Below, one piece after another: positions 25,589 through 33,636 of a stretch of DNA of 64,000 nt. The translations under genes and the position numbers were made by a program. The stretch is from Deltaproteobacteria bacterium (GTDB lineage Bacteria; Desulfobacterota; Desulfuromonadia; Geobacterales; DSM-12255): contig JAJZTK010000002.1 in the NCBI GenBank assembly GCA_021849045.1, positions 1,602-65,601 on the forward strand, given 5' to 3'. The number at the start of each line of letters is the position of its first letter. Position 1 is the stretch's first letter. The notes under the pieces were generated by a model. The model was not told the DNA's origin and did not search any database. It saw nothing but the letters and a program-made list of their open reading frames with translations.

Positions 25589-25954
25589 ATGACCAACATT
25601 CTCGTAGTGGACGATGAGGCTTCCATCAGGCTCCTTTTCGCCCAGGAACTGGCTGATGAAGGGTACGCGGTGGAGACGGTCGGCACCATTGCCGAGGCCA
25701 TGGACAAGCTCCGGGCATCGACCTTCGACGTGGCTCTTCTGGATATCAAACTGAAGAACGAGAGTGGGCTCGATCTGCTGCAGAAAATCGTCAAGGAGCG
25801 CCAGGACATGGTGGTGATCCTTTCGACTGCCTTCTCCTGCTATAAGGACGACTTTTCGGCCTGGCTGGCCGATGGCTATGTGGTGAAATCCAGTGACACG
25901 CAGGAGTTGAAGGACGAGATCAAGCGTCTTCTGGCCAAGAAACGGAACCGTTAA
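25589..25954 (+). CDS. single-domain response regulator (CheY-like receiver)
   Basis: 121 aa with ILVVDDEASIR, the acceptor context VALLDIKL, and Lys in GYVVKS. The start codon directly abuts the kinase stop. Confidence 0.85.
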   Translation: MTNILVVDDEASIRLLFAQELADEGYAVETVGTIAEAMDKLRASTFDVALLDIKLKNESGLDLLQKIVKERQDMVVILSTAFSCYKDDFSAWLADGYVVKSSDTQELKDEIKRLLAKKRNR

Positions 25955-25957
25955 TGC

Positions 25958-26023
25958 GTGAGGAGTGAGGAGGGAGGGGTGAGGAGGGATTTTTCCCCTC
26001 ACTCCTCACCCCTCACTCCTCAC
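25958..26023. repeat. heptad-periodic imperfect hairpin, GTGAGGA family
   Basis: The left arm is built of GTGAGGA-like units (25958-25989), followed by T5 (25990-25994). The right arm is built of TCCTCAC-like units (25995-26023). Two 11-bp perfect blocks (25958-968/26013-023 and 25976-986/26002-012) are separated by a 7-nt bulge, that is, one extra unit. Confidence 0.7.
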
Positions 26024-26045
26024 TTCCAATGAAGGAGGGTAATGA

Positions 26046-28553
26046 ATGAAAGCAGTCATCATGGCCGGCGGGTTCGGTACCCGCATCCAGCCTCTTACCA
26101 GCAGTGTTCCGAAACCGATGATCCCGCTCCTCAACCGGCCGATCATGCTGCATACCGTGGAGCTCCTGAAGAAGCACGGCATTACCGACCTGATCATGCT
26201 GCTCTATCATCAGCCGGGGATCGTCAAGAACTTCTTTCGGGACGGCACCGACTTCGGGGTGAAGATCACCTATGTGACCCCCCTGGAGGACATGGGGACC
26301 GCCGGTGCGGTCAAGTGTGCCGAAAAATACCTGGACGAGCGTTTTCTGATCATCAGCGGCGATCTCCTGACCGACTTCAACCTGCAGAAGGTCATCGACT
26401 TCCATGCGGAAAACAAGGCGATTGCCACCATCACCCTCACGTCGGTCAAGGACCCCCTCCAGTTCGGTGTGGTCATCACCGACAAGGCGAAGCGGATCAC
26501 TCAGTTCCTGGAAAAGCCCGGCTGGGGCGAGGTTATCTCCGATACCATCAACACCGGCATCTATGTCCTGGAACCGGAGGTGCTCAAGTACATACCGGAG
26601 GGAGAAAATTTCGACTTTTCCCAGAACCTTTTCCCCGCGCTGCTGGAGAAAGAGGAGGCGTTGTTCGGGTATCCTGCCAAGGGGTACTGGCGGGACATCG
26701 GCAACACCGACTCCTATCGGGAGGCCCATAACGACATCTTCCGCGGCAAGGTGAATGTGCGGATCGACGAGCCAAAGCAGGACTTCGTGGGGAAGGATCT
26801 ACGGCTCGGCGCCGATGTCCGTCTGGACGACCCGTCCCACCTCCAGGGAACGGTGGTGGTCGGCGACAACAGCCAGATTCTGGGCGAGGCCCAGATCAAG
26901 GATACGGTCATCGGCCGCAACTGCACCATTGAAGCGGGAGTCAAGCTCTCCCGCTGCGTCATCTGGGATAACGTCTACATCAAGAGAGGGGCGAAGATCA
27001 CCGACAGCGTCATCTGCAACAGTGTCCGGGTTGGCCAGGGGGTGGTCATAGAAGAAGGGGGGATCGTTGCCGAAGAGACCTCTATCGGTGAAGAGACCTA
27101 TATCAAGCGGGATGTGAAGATCTGGCCCCGCAAGGTGATTGAGGCCGGCTCAACGGTAACGGCCAATCTGATCTGGGGTGAAAAGTGGAAACGGTCCCTG
27201 TTCGAGGGGGTGATGATCAAGGGGCTGACCAATATCGAACTGACCCCGGAGTTCGTTGCCAAGCTGGGGTGCGCTTATGGCACCTCGCTTCCCAAGGGGA
27301 GCTTCGTACTGGGAGGGCGTGACGCCTACCTCTCCTCGCGGATGCTCAAGCGGAGTTTTTTTGGCGGCATCCTCTCTGCCGGGGTCAACGTCAGGGACCT
27401 GAAGATGATCCCGCTCCCCATGCTCCGCTACAAGCTCAAGACCTTTGGCGAGGTGGGGGGGATCTTCTTCCGGCAGGCCTCGGACGATCCCGCCTCAACC
27501 GAGATCGTCTTTCTGGACGGTGACGGCCTCGACTTTTCCAGTGCCATGGGGAAAAACCTGGAACGGATCTTCTACAAGGAGAACTTCCGCCGGGCTCACC
27601 ACAAAGAACCGGGCGGGATCACCGAACTCCCCCAGGTAAGCGAGTTCTACCGGGAGGGGTTCTTAAGGACCATTGACCGTGAGGCGTTCAAAAAGCAGAA
27701 CCTGAAGGTGGTCGTCGACTTCAACCATTCCCCGGCCGGCCAGGTCCTGCCGGCGATTCTGAACGAGCTGGGGTCCGAGGTGATCGGTCTCAACGCCTAT
27801 GTGGACGAGGAGCGGGGGGCGAAAAAGGCCGAAGAGAAAGCGGCCAGCTTGCAGCAGTTGGCCAAGATCGTCGTTACCCTGGAGGCCCAGGCCGGCTTCT
27901 GGCTCGATCCCTCTGCCGAGGCGTTCACCCTGGTGGACGAGGCCGGCAAGATCTATGAATCTGCCGAGCTCCTGCCGCTCATGGTGGCTCTGCTTCTGAA
28001 GAGCGGTGCCAAGGGGATCTTTGCTGTGCCGGTCAATGCCCCGTCCGTGGTGGAGCAGATTGTCCAGGAAAAACGGAGCCAGGTGACCCGTACCAAAAAT
28101 AGTGAACGGGCCATGATGGAGGCGGCCCTCTCTTCCGAGGTGGTGATGGTCGGTTCCATGGATGGCCGTCTGGCCTTTCCCCGCTTTCAGACCGCCTTTG
28201 ACGGCATGTTTGCCATTGCCAAGACCCTGGAACTGATCGCCGCCAGTGGCGTTCCTCTCTCGAAGATCCATGCCGAGATCCCGCACCGCACCTTCCTGCA
28301 GACCTCCAGTGCCTGTATCTGGGAGATGAAGGGGGGGATCATGCGCAAGATGAGCGAGGATAGCCTGGACAAGGAAGCGACCTTTATTGACGGGATCAAG
28401 GTGCACTTCGGCGAGGACTGGTTGCTGGTCCTGCCGGACCAGTACGCCTCCTGTGTACACCTGGTGGCTGAGGCCAAAGACCCCAAGACTGCCCAGAAGC
28501 TGCTGGACGAGTACAAGAAGAAGGTGGAGAACTGGAAAAAGGAGCTGCAATAA
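26046..28553 (+). CDS. sugar-phosphate nucleotidyltransferase fused to a phosphohexomutase-like C-terminal region
   Basis: N-terminal NTP-transferase motif MKAVIMAGGFGTRIQPLT..PKPM, then a hexapeptide-repeat (left-handed beta-helix) segment. The C-terminal alpha-D-phosphohexomutase-like fold has an active-site loop reading QASDDP rather than the canonical (T/S)ASHNP. Confidence 0.8.
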   Translation: MKAVIMAGGFGTRIQPLTSSVPKPMIPLLNRPIMLHTVELLKKHGITDLIMLLYHQPGIVKNFFRDGTDFGVKITYVTPLEDMGTAGAVKCAEKYLDERFLIISGDLLTDFNLQKVIDFHAENKAIATITLTSVKDPLQFGVVITDKAKRITQFLEKPGWGEVISDTINTGIYVLEPEVLKYIPEGENFDFSQNLFPALLEKEEALFGYPAKGYWRDIGNTDSYREAHNDIFRGKVNVRIDEPKQDFVGKDLRLGADVRLDDPSHLQGTVVVGDNSQILGEAQIKDTVIGRNCTIEAGVKLSRCVIWDNVYIKRGAKITDSVICNSVRVGQGVVIEEGGIVAEETSIGEETYIKRDVKIWPRKVIEAGSTVTANLIWGEKWKRSLFEGVMIKGLTNIELTPEFVAKLGCAYGTSLPKGSFVLGGRDAYLSSRMLKRSFFGGILSAGVNVRDLKMIPLPMLRYKLKTFGEVGGIFFRQASDDPASTEIVFLDGDGLDFSSAMGKNLERIFYKENFRRAHHKEPGGITELPQVSEFYREGFLRTIDREAFKKQNLKVVVDFNHSPAGQVLPAILNELGSEVIGLNAYVDEERGAKKAEEKAASLQQLAKIVVTLEAQAGFWLDPSAEAFTLVDEAGKIYESAELLPLMVALLLKSGAKGIFAVPVNAPSVVEQIVQEKRSQVTRTKNSERAMMEAALSSEVVMVGSMDGRLAFPRFQTAFDGMFAIAKTLELIAASGVPLSKIHAEIPHRTFLQTSSACIWEMKGGIMRKMSEDSLDKEATFIDGIKVHFGEDWLLVLPDQYASCVHLVAEAKDPKTAQKLLDEYKKKVENWKKELQ

Positions 28554-28558
28554 CCCTC

Positions 28559-28622
28559 GGTTCGATGTGCGAAGTTCGATGTTGAAAGATTAACCTCGAA
28601 CCCCGAACCTCGAACCTCGAAC
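28559..28622. repeat. heptad-periodic imperfect hairpin, GAACCTC family (copy 2)
   Basis: Left arm GGTTCGATGTGCGAAGTTCGATGTT (28559-28583), loop GAAAGATT, right arm AACCTCGAACCCCGAACCTCGAACC (28592-28616) plus an extra TCGAAC. 20 of 25 positions pair. Confidence 0.7.
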
Positions 28623-28630
28623 TGGTTCTT

Positions 28631-30832
28631 ATGAAACAGCCTTTGTCGGTCATATTTCTCTGGCACATGCACCAGCCCTACTACAAGGACCCGCTCCGGG
28701 GGGAGTATATCCTCCCCTGGACGTATCTCCATGGCATCAAGGATTACTATGACATGGCGGCCATTGTGGATGAGGTGGCGGGTGCACGGGCGGTGTTCAA
28801 CCTGGTGCCGTCCCTTCTGGAGCAGTTGGAGGAGTATGCCGCCGGCCAGGCGGTGGATCCGTTCCTTTCCCGGGGCCGGATGCACCCAGCCGACATGGGG
28901 GATGATGACCGCCTCTTTGTCCTGGAGAATTTCTTTGCCGCAAACCGCCAGCGGCTGATCGAACCGGTCAGGCGCTACTTCGAGCTTTTCTGCCTGGCGG
29001 GCGGCGATGGCGGGGAGCGGGCACGGGACCGGCTCCGCCTGTTCAGGGACCAGGATATCCTCGATCTCCAGGTCTGGTTTTTCCTCGCCTGGACCGGCGA
29101 GGCGGCGAGGCGGCGGTATCCGGCACTCCAGGAGCTGGTGCGCAAAGGAAGCGGCTTCACGGCGGCCGACAAGGAGCTCCTCTTTGCCACGCACCGGCAG
29201 ATCCTGGGAGAAATCATCCCCCTCTACAAGCGGTTGCATGCCGAGGGGAAGTTGGAACTGTCGGTCACTCCCTATTTTCATCCGATCCTGCCGCTCCTCT
29301 GCGACGTGCGAAACGCCCAGACCTCCATGCCGAAGGCGACCCTGCCGACCCTGCCGTTTAGCTTCCCGCAGGACGCCAGAAGCCAGGTCACAACCGCTGT
29401 CGACTATTTCACCAGGCTCTTCGGGTTTGCGCCGGCCGGCATGTGGCCCTCCGAGGGATCGGTGTGCGACGAGGCGCTGGAGATCATTGCCGGCTGCGGC
29501 CTCACGTGGGTTGCCACCGATGAGGGGGTGCTGCTCCATACGCTTCCGGAGGGGCTCGGTCACGGCCGCGAGGCGCTCTACCAGTCGTACCGGTTCCAGC
29601 GTGGCGCCGCAGACCTGGCAATGTTCTTCCGGGATCACGCCCTGTCAGACCTGATCGGCTTTACCTATTCCCAGTGGGATGGGGAGCGGGCCGTAAACGA
29701 TTTTCGCGAGCGGCTCCTGGCCATCGGCCGCCAGACCCACGGCGCCAGGGTCGTACCGGTCATCCTGGACGGGGAGAACGCCTGGGAATACTACGAGGAG
29801 AACGGGTATCCGTTTCTCACCCGTCTCTACCAGACCCTGGCGGATGACCGGGACTTGAGGCTCACCACCTTTTCGGCATTCCTGGCGGAACATACGACGC
29901 ACAGGCGCCTGGATCGCATCTACCCCGGCTCCTGGATCAATGCCAACTACGGCATCTGGATTGGGCACCCGGAAGAAAATCTGGGGTGGGATTATCTTTA
30001 CAAGGCCAGGGAGGCGGCCGTACGCAACCATCCCCGGGTTGCCGAACTTCTTGCCACCGGAGCGGTTGCCGATTTCCCGAACGAGCCCGACGGGACCGCT
30101 GCCCTCATCTGTCGTTCGCTCTTCGCCGCCGAGGGGAGCGACTGGTTCTGGTGGTACGGTGACGATCACTTTTCGCCCCATAGCGATCGTTTCGACCTCC
30201 TCTTCCGCCGCCACCTGATGAACGTGTACCGGCTGCTGGGGCTGCCGGTGCCGGCCGAACTGTACGAACCGATCAAAAAGAAGAGCCCCGCCGGTTTTGT
30301 GCGTGAGCCGGCAGCCCTGATCTCGCCGGTTGTCAACGGCTTTGTGACCGATTACTTCGAGTGGCTCGCCGCAGGCCTTTTCGACCTCTCCAAGCAGGCA
30401 TCGGCCATGCATTCGGCCGAGAGCATGCTCCAGTCGTTCTTTTACGGCTTCGACCGGCATGCCTTCTATTTCCGGGTTGACGGACAACAGTCCCTGGAAA
30501 AGATGCTGCACCCGAGCGATCTCCTGACCCTGCACCTGATCAGCGATCGCGAATACCGTCTGGTCATGGGGCTCAGCGGCGAACAGGGTCTGCTCCAGGT
30601 ACGGGACGGAGCAGAGTGGCACGACACCGGGACCGGCTGTCACTGGAAGATCATCAAGATCTGCGAAGCGAAGGTACCGCTTGATATCCTGCATCCCGAG
30701 CCCGGCGGCTACCTTTTTGCCTTTTTTACCCTGACCCGGGGCGATGACGAAGTGGGGCGCTGGCCAACCGATGCCCCGATGCGGCTCAGGTATGTCGGGC
30801 CGGAACTGGAGCTGGAAACGTGGCTGATTTGA
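28631..30832 (+). CDS. glycoside hydrolase family 57 protein (possible alpha-glucan branching enzyme)
   Basis: GH57 conserved regions are present: WHMHQPYY (region I), GKLELSVTPYFHPILPLL (II), GMWPSEGS (III, nucleophile Glu) and ILDGENAWEY (IV, acid/base Asp). Confidence 0.85.
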   Translation: MKQPLSVIFLWHMHQPYYKDPLRGEYILPWTYLHGIKDYYDMAAIVDEVAGARAVFNLVPSLLEQLEEYAAGQAVDPFLSRGRMHPADMGDDDRLFVLENFFAANRQRLIEPVRRYFELFCLAGGDGGERARDRLRLFRDQDILDLQVWFFLAWTGEAARRRYPALQELVRKGSGFTAADKELLFATHRQILGEIIPLYKRLHAEGKLELSVTPYFHPILPLLCDVRNAQTSMPKATLPTLPFSFPQDARSQVTTAVDYFTRLFGFAPAGMWPSEGSVCDEALEIIAGCGLTWVATDEGVLLHTLPEGLGHGREALYQSYRFQRGAADLAMFFRDHALSDLIGFTYSQWDGERAVNDFRERLLAIGRQTHGARVVPVILDGENAWEYYEENGYPFLTRLYQTLADDRDLRLTTFSAFLAEHTTHRRLDRIYPGSWINANYGIWIGHPEENLGWDYLYKAREAAVRNHPRVAELLATGAVADFPNEPDGTAALICRSLFAAEGSDWFWWYGDDHFSPHSDRFDLLFRRHLMNVYRLLGLPVPAELYEPIKKKSPAGFVREPAALISPVVNGFVTDYFEWLAAGLFDLSKQASAMHSAESMLQSFFYGFDRHAFYFRVDGQQSLEKMLHPSDLLTLHLISDREYRLVMGLSGEQGLLQVRDGAEWHDTGTGCHWKIIKICEAKVPLDILHPEPGGYLFAFFTLTRGDDEVGRWPTDAPMRLRYVGPELELETWLI

Positions 30833-30841
30833 GGAGAAGAT

Positions 30842-31867
30842 ATGTCGGAACTTAGGTGGGACCCGATCAAGCAGCACTGGGTTATCATCGCCACCGACCG
30901 GGGGCGGCGGCCCCGGGATTTCCGGGTTGAGGAGGCCGGCGATAACGACGGGGTCTGCCCGTTCTGCTACGGCTACGAAGACAAGACCCCGCCGGAGATC
31001 TTCGCCATCCGGAAGTCGGGCGCACCCAATACGCCTGGCTGGCAGGTGCGGGTCTTTGCCAACAAGTATCCGGCGCTCAGGATCGAGGGAGACCTGAAGA
31101 GCCGCGGTTACGGTCTCTACGATGTCCGCGAGGGGATCGGCGCCCACGAAGTGATCGTGGAGACCCCGGACCACAACAAGAGTATGGCCGACCTGACGGT
31201 GGACGAAATCTCCAACGTACTCAAGGCCTATCGGGTCCGCCTGCTGGACCTGCGCAAGGACATCCGTTTCCGCTACATGGTTCTCTTCAAGAACCACGGT
31301 ACCCGGGCCGGCGCCACCCTCAGCCACTCCCACAGCCAGTTGATCGCCGTTCCCCTGACTCCGCCGGTGGCCGCCACCGAGCTCAGGGTCTGTCGGGACT
31401 TCTATTCGGTCCGGGAACGATGCATTTTCTGCGACCTGATCGAATTCGAGATCGCCGAGGGGGCGCGGGTGGTGAAGGAGTCGCCCGACTACCTCCTGAT
31501 CACTCCCTATGCATCCTGCTTCCCGTTCGAGCTGCGTCTCTATCCCAAACGCCACAGCCATGACTTCGCCCTGATGACCGACGCTGAGCTGCTGGAGCTG
31601 GCCGCGGCATTGAAGGACATGCTCATGCGGGTGAAAAGGGTGCTGAAAGACCCGCCGTACAATTTCATCCTCCATACGGTGCCGCCCCATCAGCCACGGC
31701 CGGGAAAGCCCGACTACTGGGGGTCCATCCAGTGGGACTACCACTGGCATATCGAGCTGGTTCCCCGGCTCACCCAGATTGCCGGCTTCGAGTGGGGGAC
31801 CGGCTTTTACATCAATCCCACCTCTCCCGAGGATGCGGCTGCCTTCCTCCGTGAGGCGGATATCTGA
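30842..31867 (+). CDS. galT: galactose-1-phosphate uridylyltransferase-like (GalT/HIT superfamily) nucleotidyltransferase
   Basis: 341 aa with a zinc knuckle CPFCYG and the active-site HSHSQ (HxHxQ). A GAGGAG SD is present. Confidence 0.8.
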   Translation: MSELRWDPIKQHWVIIATDRGRRPRDFRVEEAGDNDGVCPFCYGYEDKTPPEIFAIRKSGAPNTPGWQVRVFANKYPALRIEGDLKSRGYGLYDVREGIGAHEVIVETPDHNKSMADLTVDEISNVLKAYRVRLLDLRKDIRFRYMVLFKNHGTRAGATLSHSHSQLIAVPLTPPVAATELRVCRDFYSVRERCIFCDLIEFEIAEGARVVKESPDYLLITPYASCFPFELRLYPKRHSHDFALMTDAELLELAAALKDMLMRVKRVLKDPPYNFILHTVPPHQPRPGKPDYWGSIQWDYHWHIELVPRLTQIAGFEWGTGFYINPTSPEDAAAFLREADI

Positions 31868-31967
31868 GGCAACGGTCGAGTGGTCAAGTAGTCAACTGAG
31901 TTAACAGCACAGACCGAAGTGACAACGTAACCACTCAACTACATCACCAAACAACGAGGTTTACCAG

Positions 31968-33425
31968 ATGAAGATATTGTTTGTGGCTTCGGAAATGACT
32001 CCGCTCGCTTCGACGGGCGGGCTTGCCGATGTGATTGGTGCGCTACCCAGGGAATTAAAGCTGCTCGGCCACGACGTCAGGGTGATCATGCCGTGCTACC
32101 GGACTCTGAACCGTCTGGAACTGCCGATCCGCAAGGCGAGGAAGAGCATTGAGGTCCTCAGCGGCTCCAGTTCATACAAGGGGTTCCTCCGTCAGACGAC
32201 GATTGACGATATCACGGTGTATCTGCTCGAAAGCCGGGACTTTTTTGACCGGGATCATCTCTATGGCCCGCCGGGTGGGGATTACCCGGACAACCACCGC
32301 CGTTTCTCCTTTTTCTGCCGTGGCGTACTCGACATGCTGAAACGGATGGATTTCCGGCCGGACATCCTCCACTGCCACGACTGGCAAACGGCCCTGCTGC
32401 CCATCATCCTCCGCTACGAACACCACGACGATCCGTTCTTTGCCGGGATGGCCACCCTCTTCACCATCCATAACCTGGCCTTCCAGGGGATCTTTCCCCG
32501 GACTGCACTTGAGGAAATGGGGCTGAACAAGACCTGTTACCGGATTGAACGACTGGAGTTCTACGGCCAGGTGAACCTGATGAAGGGGGCACTCCTGACC
32601 GCCGACCTTTTGAATACGGTTTCCCCGACCTATCGCAACGAGATTCTGACCCCGGAACTGGGGTGCGGCCTGGACGGCGTGCTCCGCTCCCGCCGGGATG
32701 ACCTGGTCGGGGTGCTTAACGGTATCGACACGGTACGGTGGGACCCGGCCACCGACCGGGCGCTGGCAAAGAGTTACACCGCCAGCTCCCTCGCCGCCCG
32801 ACAGCTCAACAAGCAGCGGTTGCAGAAGCAGTTGGGGCTTGCCGTTGACCCGAACATCCCCCTGGTGGGCATCGTTTCCCGCCTGGCGGAGCAGAAGGGA
32901 TTCGACCTGATTGTCGAGATGCTTCCCCGCATCGCAGCGGAAAACATCCAACTGGCAATACTCGGGGAGGGTGATGAGCGTTATGTCCGGGAGTTTGCCT
33001 CCCTTGCCCGGTCACAGGACAAGAAGATCTCCTTTTCGCAGGGTTACAACCCTGCCTTGGCGGCAGGCATCTTTGCCGGGGCCGACATCTTTCTCATGCC
33101 GTCCCGTTTTGAACCGTGCGGCCTGGCGCAGATGGTTGCCCTCCGGTATGGTGCCGTGCCGGTGGTACATAAGGTCGGTGGGCTGGCGGATACCATCAGC
33201 GACGAGCGTTGCGGAGCGAAGGAGCCAAACGGCTTCACCTTTGACGACTATACCGCGACTGCCCTCTGGGACGTGCTCCAAAGGGCAGTCGCTGCATTTG
33301 GCGACAAGAGCCGCTGGCGGCACATGGTGCGTAACGGCATGCGTCATAATTTTTCATGGGCCAGTTCCAGTCGACAGTATGACGACCTGTATAGGCGGTG
33401 TCTGGTGAAGAAGCGGGGCTACTGA
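31968..33425 (+). CDS. glgA: glycogen synthase
   Basis: MKILFVASEMTPLASTGGLADVIGALPREL N-terminus (KxGGL-type motif as STGGL) and C-terminal PSRFEPCGLAQM. 485 aa. Confidence 0.93.
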   Translation: MKILFVASEMTPLASTGGLADVIGALPRELKLLGHDVRVIMPCYRTLNRLELPIRKARKSIEVLSGSSSYKGFLRQTTIDDITVYLLESRDFFDRDHLYGPPGGDYPDNHRRFSFFCRGVLDMLKRMDFRPDILHCHDWQTALLPIILRYEHHDDPFFAGMATLFTIHNLAFQGIFPRTALEEMGLNKTCYRIERLEFYGQVNLMKGALLTADLLNTVSPTYRNEILTPELGCGLDGVLRSRRDDLVGVLNGIDTVRWDPATDRALAKSYTASSLAARQLNKQRLQKQLGLAVDPNIPLVGIVSRLAEQKGFDLIVEMLPRIAAENIQLAILGEGDERYVREFASLARSQDKKISFSQGYNPALAAGIFAGADIFLMPSRFEPCGLAQMVALRYGAVPVVHKVGGLADTISDERCGAKEPNGFTFDDYTATALWDVLQRAVAAFGDKSRWRHMVRNGMRHNFSWASSSRQYDDLYRRCLVKKRGY

Positions 33426-33580
33426 TGGGGGACCAGGAGCCGGAGAGCGAATTGACCCAACTGGCACGGGAGGTGCGGAAGCTGGTGGAGGAGAATCGCA
33501 CGTTTCTGGACCGGATCATGGACGATGACTTCGAGCCGGAGGACGACGAGGAGTCCGGGGGAGATTTGCCGGTCGGTTGA
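33425..33580 (+). CDS. small acidic hypothetical protein (51 aa), translationally coupled to glgA
   Basis: ATG 33425 shares its A with the glgA stop (TGATG). Sequence: MGDQEPESELTQLAREVRKLVEENRTFLDRIMDDDFEPEDDEESGGDLPVG. No family was recognised, so this may not be a real gene. Confidence 0.35.
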   Translation: MGDQEPESELTQLAREVRKLVEENRTFLDRIMDDDFEPEDDEESGGDLPVG

Positions 33581-33636
33581 GTCCCCGGCCAATCGGTTAC
33601 GATACGATTGGAGACTTCGGCGATCTCTGCGGAGTG

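Noticed and set aside
16127-31750. Further long shadow ORFs (16127-17638 minus, 21097-22395 plus, 24572-26002 minus, 26013-26729 minus, 28187-29638 minus, 29645-31750 minus).
   Set aside because: Same reasoning: they are antisense to dinG, uvrB, the kinase, the nucleotidyltransferase gene, GH57 and galT. They have no recognisable motifs and biased composition.
31875-31950. Apparent periodic repeat in the galT-glgA spacer (GTGGTCAA GTAGTCAA ... GTGACAAC GTAACCAC TCAACTAC) that looked like another periodic hairpin.
   Set aside because: The period is about 8 nt and irregular. The two halves do not pair in register (only GAGTGGT/ACCACTC pairs), so I could not support a defined structure or membership of the heptad class.
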